Assembly (NCBI RefSeq): GCF_006345805.1
Contig: NW_021834148.1
Span: 1 to 51,158 of the forward strand
Direction: 5' to 3'
Source of the DNA: Octopus sinensis
Taxonomy: Eukaryota
DNA: 51,158 nt
Shown here piece by piece: positions 43,781 to 51,158 of the stretch (positions within the stretch are counted from its first letter, which is position 1; every line of letters starts with the position of its first letter). The notes under the pieces were generated by a model, which saw nothing but the letters and a program-made list of their open reading frames with translations, searched no databases and was not told the origin of the DNA. Both the position numbers and the translations under genes were made by a program.

Positions 43781-44147
43781 CTAGCAGTATCGCCTGGCGT
43801 TGCTCAGGTTTGTAAGGGAAATAACTATAAAGCATTTTTAGAGAGTTATAGCCAAAAAATAGCAAAAAAATGGGGGGGAAATGATGGTAAATTTTTTTTG
43901 AGAGTTAAAAAGGTCGAGTTGCGTCCCCTAGACAGTCTGTGGTTTGTGTTTCTGATTCTCGACCCCATGTCGAATTTATCGATTTTTTTTCAGAACTGGG
44001 GGAACTGTTAGTTTTGAATTATGACATTGGGCTATGTGTGTGTCAAGTTTCATCAGAATCGGTTGAAAGCCGTAGTCAGGGTGAGGGTACAACCTAACAG
44101 ACACACAGAAACACACACAGACAAACTGCCGTTTATATAGAGAGAGA
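43781..44147 (-). mobile_element. Chimeric non-autonomous Helitron (H2 5' part, H1 3' end)
   Basis: 5' part matches 31620 onward; last about 70 bp match 21140-21212. Confidence 0.8.
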
Positions 44148-44164
44148 TTACATGCTATATTAGT

Positions 44165-44330
44165 TAAGAGATGTTGTCTTGAGGCTTGGTGACAAGTTTC
44201 CTCAAACCTTAAGAATCTTTCATAGGAATTTTTTTTTCTTAAAATACAAGATGACAGTATTCTGAAGGTCAACTGTGCAGGTCTCAGTTCCAATATCCTT
44301 CAGCCCCTTCGACAGCAATCAACTGCTCTT
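44165..44330 (-). pseudogene. Possible decayed 3' end of an R4/Dong-like non-LTR element
   Basis: LLSKGLKDIGTETCTVDLQNTVILY resembles the LQKTVILxSARI terminus of restriction-like-endonuclease LINEs. Confidence 0.35.
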
Positions 44331-45584
44331 GGCAGTTCACGCACCTCTTTATTTATTGAAATTCGTTAGTCCACCTCCAGTCATGTGGGGGTGTACAGGA
44401 TTCTCCCATAACTATTATTCTTAGCAGCATTTCTTCCAACCCCATCACATTTTGCCAAGGCCAGCTTTGCCCTTCATCCTTGTCAGGGTCAATAAACTAC
44501 GTAAACTGTTGAGCACTGGGGTTGATGTAACCAACTTAGCCGTGCCCCTAAAAGTGCTGGCCTTAAGCCAAATATTGCAACCATTAGAAGTCGTAATAGT
44601 AATGTATACTTATCACTACTTCCCCACTTGTTCCCATATCTTATCTATTTATGCTTACATATCTTAAGATGTACGTTTGTGTATATATCTTATCTTTAGG
44701 TACATTTTTGTGTTTGCCCATAAAAACATGTACTTAGGTTTTTATCTCAGATTACCAGATAACTTCGTGTGAACATAGTTAATATGGAGGCACTAACAGT
44801 TACCTGCAAAATTAATCATAATTTTTTTTTCTTCTCTCTCTCTCTGCATTTTCCATGCTGGCATGAGTTGGACCCCCTTGAAGCAGCACTCTGTGAACAG
44901 ATCCCTATCCTGTCACTGATCCTTATTGTCCTTCATGAAAGGCCTTTTTTTTGTACCCCCTTAACCCCTTGATATTCAGGTTTTTCTGTCAAACGAAATG
45001 CGTTTTTATTCATATTGTTTTGAATTAATCCTGCATTATCTTGTAGCTTGGGGATTTCAATGATGTGATAGTTTTTTTAGAATGACATTGTAGGGTATGT
45101 TTGAGAGGCCAGCTCTGGCCAGTTTGAATGCTAAAGGACTAATCGGCTTATCTTCACATGTCTAATGTACCAAGCTACAGAGCATATGTTTATAAGTGAC
45201 ATTAAAATAGTAATAAATATTTGCATGCATACCAGTAAGCTCAATGGGTTGGGGCATCACACTAATAACACAAATGTCATGGGTTCAAGCGACACACTAG
45301 GCAGTTATTACTTTTTTGGGTATAGCCATGGCTGTGTCAAAAAATTTGCTCTGCAAGGTTTCAAGGGTTTGGAGCTTGGGATCATTGTGTGGCATCTTGG
45401 ACAAATGTCTTCTATAGCCCCCAGCCAAAAGTCCTGGGTACAACTTGTTTATCTGAAATGCACAAAAGATATATATTGGCTAGGCTTCTGCACAGTTTCC
45501 ATCTACCAATTCCATTGACAAGACATTGATCAACCCATGGACACTTGCTGAAGATGTAATGCAGTGGGTCCAAGCCCATAACTA

Positions 45585-45791
45585 TTGGGTTGGTGCTTAA
45601 TTATTGCGGCTTTTTTTCAACAAATTTTATTCAACAAAAACATCATTAAATGATTATTCTGGAGCATATTCACCATCTACCTCAATCACTGCTTCCCATT
45701 TGCTTGGCAGATGGTCAGGCCATCATTTAAAGATGTTTTTGTTGAATAAAATTTGTTGAAAAAAAGCCGCAATAATTATACACCAACCCAA
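45585..45791. mobile_element. Mariner-type MITE, TA TSD, about 70-bp terminal arms
   Basis: TA|TTGGGTTGGTGC.TAATTATTGCGGC resembles Hsmar1/Made1-type TIRs; the arms differ at 3 positions. Confidence 0.85.
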
Positions 45792-45964
45792 TAAATTGTT
45801 AGAAAATGAGTTTTTGTGGGTGGAGAAGGGTGGTTTTGGATGAGACTTTTTTTTTTTTCTCTTAACATTTTTATTTTAAAAAGGTGGTTTTTTTTTATAT
45901 ATATTAAACATGGAATTATACATAGTTGTCATACAACCTTATCTATTTCTTTCTCTCTCAACAG

Positions 45965-46014
45965 ATCGAGCTTCCGAAATAGAAGCCTACAAAACATTTA
46001 GTTCACATATTAAG
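45965..46014 (+). CDS. ATXN2: Ataxin-2 exon 12 ((Y)RASEIEAYKTFSSHIK)
   Basis: ctctcaacag/gtaagt; phase 1 to 0; resembles the ataxin-2 IxxLKxFxxxFKL motif. Confidence 0.85.
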
Positions 46015-46354
46015 GTAAGTTGGTTTTGATTCTTCTTCTTCTGGTACCAACCTTTATCTGGCTCTGGGACCTTGTCTGGTTCTCTCTTGTGCAGTTGTCC
46101 AATTCAAAGTGTTTCTATTTGAAGGAAGGGCATCCAGCTGTAGAAACCATGCCACAACAGACAACCGGAGTCTGGGCAGCTGCTCACCTGGCCAGCCCCT
46201 GTCAAACCATCCAACCCATGCCAGCATGGAAAATGGTCATTAAATGATGAGCACCTGTCATTTTGTGTGTGTGTAGGGATGTATGATTAAGATATTTGCT
46301 TTCCAATGGCATAGTTTCATATTGATGTGTGTATAGACCTGTATGTATACTATT

Positions 46355-46746
46355 TACTCTTTTACTTGTTTCAGTCATTTGACTGCGGCCATGCTGGAGC
46401 ATCGCCTTTAGTCGAGCAAATCGACCCCGGGACTTATTCTTTGTAAGCCCAGTACTTATTTTATCGGTCTTTTTTGCCGAACTGCTAAGTTACAGGGACA
46501 TAAACACACCAGCATCAGTTGTCAAGCAATGCTAGGGGGACACACACACACACACACCACACACACATACATATATATATACATACACACATATATACGA
46601 CAGGTTTCTTTCAGTTTCCGTCTACCAAATCCACCCACAAGGCATTAGTCGGCCCGGGGCTATAGCAGAAGACACTTGCCCAAGATGCCACGCAGTGGGA
46701 CTGAACCCGGAACCATGTGGTTGGTAAGCAAGCTACTTACCACACA
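46355..46746 (-). mobile_element. SINE family A
   Basis: Antisense copy. Confidence 0.9.
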
Positions 46747-47384
46747 GGGCTCATAAAATAAATATTCACACTAATTTTTCCATTTCCCCCATAAACAAAA
46801 AACAAAATATCCTGTACATATGATACAACCTTTAAATGGCATTTATATACCACATATATAAATAAGCATGAATATTTCACGGAATTGCACTTATGTGCAT
46901 GCAGTAAGTGATAGGTGATATAAAAAACTTTTTTTTTAAATACACTTTTATACAATCGCCATCTCTACCATCATCATTATCTTTCTCTCTAACGTCACCA
47001 TCAGAACATCACCCCTCTGCTAAAGTTATATTTTCAATTTTCCTCTACCTTCAACTAACATATTTAACCACATAATAAGTGTTACATTCCCCCTACCTCA
47101 CATCATGGACACTTTTCTTTCCCTTTTGTTCTTTCTCCCTCTTTCTGTTTCACTCTTTGCCTTATCCTCTTTTTGTCTTCTTTCTCCCCTCTTTCCCTTC
47201 AACTAATCACATGAATACATTACAATTACATTCCATCTACTTCATGTCGTCAACGCTTCTCTCTCCCTCTTTTATCTCCCTCCCTCTCTTTTTCTAATCA
47301 TGTGAAAGTGTTACGAATGTGCTAAGTTAATGCAATGACAAGCAGAATTATTATAAGAATATCTCTTATGCATATGTGTGTATG

Positions 47385-48050
47385 CACCTGAATGTATAGA
47401 TCTATACGTATGAGTATATGTATGTGTATATTACATATGTATATATACATATATATATATGTGTGTATATATGTATATGTGTGTATATTTGTGTATGTGT
47501 GTGTATATTTGTGTATATATATATATATGTGTGTGTATATATGTATATATATATGTGTGTATATATGTATATATATATATGTGTATATATGTATATATAT
47601 GTGTATATATGTATATGTGTATATATATGTGTATATATGTATGTATATATATGTGTGTATATATGTGTATATATATATGTGTATATATGTATATATATAT
47701 ATATGTGTGTGTATATATGTATATATATATGTGTGTATATATGTATATATATATATGTATGTATATATATATGTGTATATGTATATATATATGTATATAT
47801 ATATATGTATATATATATTATGTATATATATAGTGTGTATATATGTATATATATATGTATATAATATGTGTATATATGTATATATATTATGTATGTATAT
47901 ATGTGTGATATATGTATATATATATGTATGTATATATGTGTGTATATATGTATATATGTGTGTATATATGTGTGTATATATGTGTATATATATGTGTGTA
48001 ATATGTATATATGTATATATTATATATATATGTGTGTATATATGTATATA

Positions 48051-48115
<65 letters not shown>
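47385..48115. repeat. About 730-bp compound (TA/TG) microsatellite
   Basis: Directly visible. Confidence 0.97.
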
Positions 48116-48201
48116 TCACCTCTGTGTATGCATAGAATATTTATATGAATGTATGTTACGTACGTGTGTATGTATAACGTTTTTATGTATGCACATTTCA
48201 G

Positions 48202-48320
48202 TTAACTGGAAGTTATAAAGACAAAGAAAAGGGAGAGAAAAGTGAACGTCAGGAGAAATCAGAGGAGAGGAAAGATGTGGAGAAGAGCAAAGAATTTGAG
48301 AAAACTGATAAACTATCACA
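48202..48320 (+). CDS. ATXN2: Ataxin-2 exon 13 (LTGSYKDKEKGEKSERQEK...DKLS(Q); K/E-rich)
   Basis: catttcag/gtgagt; phase 0 to 2 links exon 12 to the PAM2 exon. Confidence 0.8.
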
Positions 48321-49057
48321 GTGAGTACTGCTCCATGGTGATCATCATCATGATTGAATATATTCCACTTGCGACCATCCTGACTTTCATTCAGACACAG
48401 TGTATTGAGGACTGCATTGTCTAATGCAAAGGTTTTCAACAGGGGCCATGTGGAGCTTGAGTGAGCGGGGGGGGGGGCATTTTGGAGCAAAGGGGCCCTC
48501 TAGTACGAAAGAGCACTCTTTCGATAGACAACACGTTGATCTCATAAGCATGGAAAGCAGATGTTAAATGATGATGATATTTTTATGAGTAAATATTATT
48601 AGTTTTATAAAAGATTAAAATATTTTGTGCATTGGTAGAAGTATAACCAACATAATTTAAACAGCAAAATCTTATATAGACCCCCTCAAGGGTCATGTGG
48701 ACACTGGTTTAGAACCACTTCCCTAGGAAAAAAAAAATCATGGGCACGGCCATCTCTCCTTACTAAGACATAAAACAGCTGCCAGTTCACTGCAAAGTGG
48801 GTAGCATTAGGAAGGGCATGAAGCATTAAAAACCATGCTGAGGTGGACAGTGGGTTTTGGTGCAGTCCTCTGGCATCTGTGAAACTGTCCCAATACCTGC
48901 CAGCATGGAGAGTGAATGTTAACCCAATAACGCTCAAACTGGCCAGATCTGGACTCTTGCATCTGTCGTACAATATCTTTCTAAAACTAAGCAATCGCAT
49001 CATGAGAATATCTTAGCTACAAGATAATTCAAAACAATGTGAATACTAATGGTTTAA

Positions 49058-49279
49058 CCCTTTCGTTACCGTATTTATTTTGAGATGCTCTGTGTTTCTT
49101 TCAATTAATTTTAAATATAACAAAGAATTTAGTAAAATAACTTAATTATCATTAAGCTAGTGTTAGGAACGTAAATTGTGACTAAGGTTTGGTGGAAGAT
49201 TTTAATTCAAAACTCATGAAAACAAGACATTTGTACTACAGAGCCAGAAGTGGTTTCAGCCGGGTTGGTAACAAAAGGG
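49058..49279. mobile_element. TTAA MITE, inverted copy of the 38481 family
   Basis: TTAA|CCCTTT...AAAGGG|TTAA. Confidence 0.85.
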
Positions 49280-49333
49280 TTAAATGATGATGATGGTGGT
49301 AATTTACTTAAAGATTTTTTATTTTTCTTTCAG

Positions 49334-49397
49334 GAAAGTCAAAAATTCTACCTTAAACCCGAATGCAAAGGAATTTAATCCCAAGACCTACCCACAG
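49334..49397 (+). CDS. ATXN2: Ataxin-2 exon 14 (KVKNSTLNPNAKEFNPKTYPQ; PAM2)
   Basis: ttctttcag/gtgtgt; PAM2 motif STLNPNAKEFNP. Confidence 0.97.
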
Positions 49398-49516
49398 GTG
49401 TGTTTTAATTTTAATTTATTTTTTTCATTTTTTCATTCTCTACAACTCCTTTGTACCTGCTAAAAAGACGCTGGCAAACTAGACATAGACAGAATATCAG
49501 GTATTATGATATTTCG

Positions 49517-49810
49517 AAGGCGGCGAGCTGGCAGAAACGTTAGCGGTATTTCGTCTGCTGTTACGTTCTGAGTTCAAATTCCGCCGAGGTCGACTTTGCC
49601 TTTCATCTTTTCGGTGTCGATAAATTAAGTACAGTTACGCACTGGGGTCGATATGATCGACTTAGTCCGTTTGTCTGTCCTTGTTCGTCATCTTTTCGGT
49701 GTCGATAAATTAAGTACAGTTACGCACTGGGGTCGATATGATCGACTTAGTCCGTTTGTCTGTCCTTGTTCGTCCATTCTGTGTTTAGCCCCTTGAGGGT
49801 AGTAAAGAAA
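49517..49810 (+). mobile_element. SINE family B with internal duplication
   Basis: AAGGCGGCGAGCTGGCAGAAACG head; the core segment is repeated. Confidence 0.9.
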
Positions 49811-50071
49811 CAGATGGAAACTGAAGGAAGCCCATTTCGGGCTTAGAACCTGTGGACCTCATTGATGTCTGTTTTACTTGGATGGATCCCTGATAAGAAG
49901 CTTGTGCTTCCCACTTAGCAATGACATGGCACCTTGAGCCAACCAAAGCCTTGTGAGTTGATTTGGTTGACAGAAACTGAAAGAAGCACGTTGCATATAT
50001 GTGTGTGTGTCTGCGTTTGTCCTCCTGCCCCCATCACCACTTGAAAACCAGTGTTGATATGTTTTCGTTCA

Positions 50072-50460
50072 TAGGCGCAGGAGTGGCTGTGTGGTAAGTA
50101 GCTTGTTTATCAACCACACGGTTCCGGGTTCAGTCCCACTGCGTGGCATCTTGGGCAAGTGTCTTCTACTATAGCGTCGGGCCGACCAAAGCCTTGTGAG
50201 TGGATTTGGTAGACGGAAACTGAAAGAAGCCCGTCGTGTATATATATATATATATATATGCGTGTTTGTGTGTCTGTGTTTGTTCCCCTAGCATTGCTGG
50301 TGTATTTATGTCCCCGTCCTTTAGCAGTTCGGCAAAAGAGACCGATAGAATAAGTACTGGGCTTACAAAGAATAAGTCCCGGGGTCGAGTTGCTCGATTA
50401 AAGGCGGTGCTCCAGCATGGCCGCAGTCAAATGACTGAAACAAGTAAAGAGTAAGAGTAA
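50072..50460 (+). mobile_element. SINE family A, full length
   Basis: Complete head and tail. Confidence 0.9.
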
Positions 50461-50572
50461 CTAAGGATGTGCAGGCTTCTGGACATGTTCTATGATCTTT
50501 GTGAACAAAAGGTTTGTCCAAATGGTGTCATTTGTTCCCAGTCCTTCATGTAACCATATCCAAGCTCTCTTG

Positions 50573-50910
50573 AAGGCGCATGGCTCAGTGGTTAGAGTGT
50601 CGAGCTTACGATCGTGAGGTTGTGAGCTCGAATCCCGGACCGGGCTGCGTGTTGTGTTCTTGAGCAAAACACTTTATTTCACGTTGCTCCAGTTCACTCA
50701 GCTGTAGAAATGAGTTGCGACGTCACGGGTGCCAAGCTGTATCGATCTTTGTCTTTCCCTTGGATAACACTGGTGGCGTGGAGAGGGGAGGCCGGTATGC
50801 ATGGGCGACTGCTGGCCTTCCATAAGCAACTTTGCCCGGACTTGTGTCTAGGAGGGTAACTTTCTAGGTGCAATCCCATGGTCATTCATGACCGAAGGGG
50901 GTCTTTACCC
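50573..50910 (+). mobile_element. tRNA-derived SINE family H
   Basis: GGCGCATGGCTCAGTGGTTAGAG head; matches 24172-24506. Confidence 0.85.
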
Positions 50911-51158
50911 CTTACCCTTTATTGTTTTATAGACTAGAAGCAGGTGGGGACTAGTGAAAGGGAGGGTAGGAATGGCAATGGTTGACTGAGGGGACAGTAG
51001 CAGGCTGGACAGTATGGCAAATTTCCCAGGGTTGGAACATAATGCCCACGATGGTCGAGGGATTACTGTACTCCTGAATTGTTCTTTCTCTTGCACTGCT
51101 ACCTTTCAGAATTAAAAAGGCAGTGCCAGACAAATACTAGATCAATGTAATTGACCCC

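Noticed and set aside
47392-48135. Long Y/I/C/V/M-rich ORFs (also 202-510, 2237-2471, 4430-4794)
   Set aside because: Translations of TA/TG microsatellites, which lack stop codons by composition

Overview
Eukaryotic, repeat-saturated genomic DNA, most likely from an octopus or other coleoid cephalopod (inferred from the tRNA-SINE families and microsatellite load, not database-confirmed). The main content is the 5' part of a + strand ataxin-2 (ATXN2/ATXN2L-family) gene. I assembled 14 exons (2616-49397) by hand; they join in one open frame of 1929 nt (643 codons) with GT-AG introns and encode the Lsm, LsmAD and PAM2 motifs, and the gene continues past the window end. Exons 5-14 are well supported. 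Exons 1-4 rest mainly on splice signals and phase continuity. A probable divergent gene starts on the - strand near the left edge. The introns hold a 5'-truncated RTE LINE, RTE/CR1/R4-like fragments, three tRNA-SINE families, RTE-tail short elements, Helitrons, TTAA MITEs, hAT and mariner MITEs and tandem repeats. The most unusual structures are: (i) a composite hAT insertion at 18663-19287 that carries intron fragments from two sites about 19 and 23 kb downstream; (ii) a TTAA-bounded 173-bp duplication around a MITE; (iii) two frame-preserving N-terminal micro-exons; (iv) a ribozyme-like RTE 5' head. I found no prokaryotic-type system or CRISPR array. TE boundaries are approximate, TE family labels A/B/C/D/H are my own, and all homology calls come from motif recognition rather than searches.
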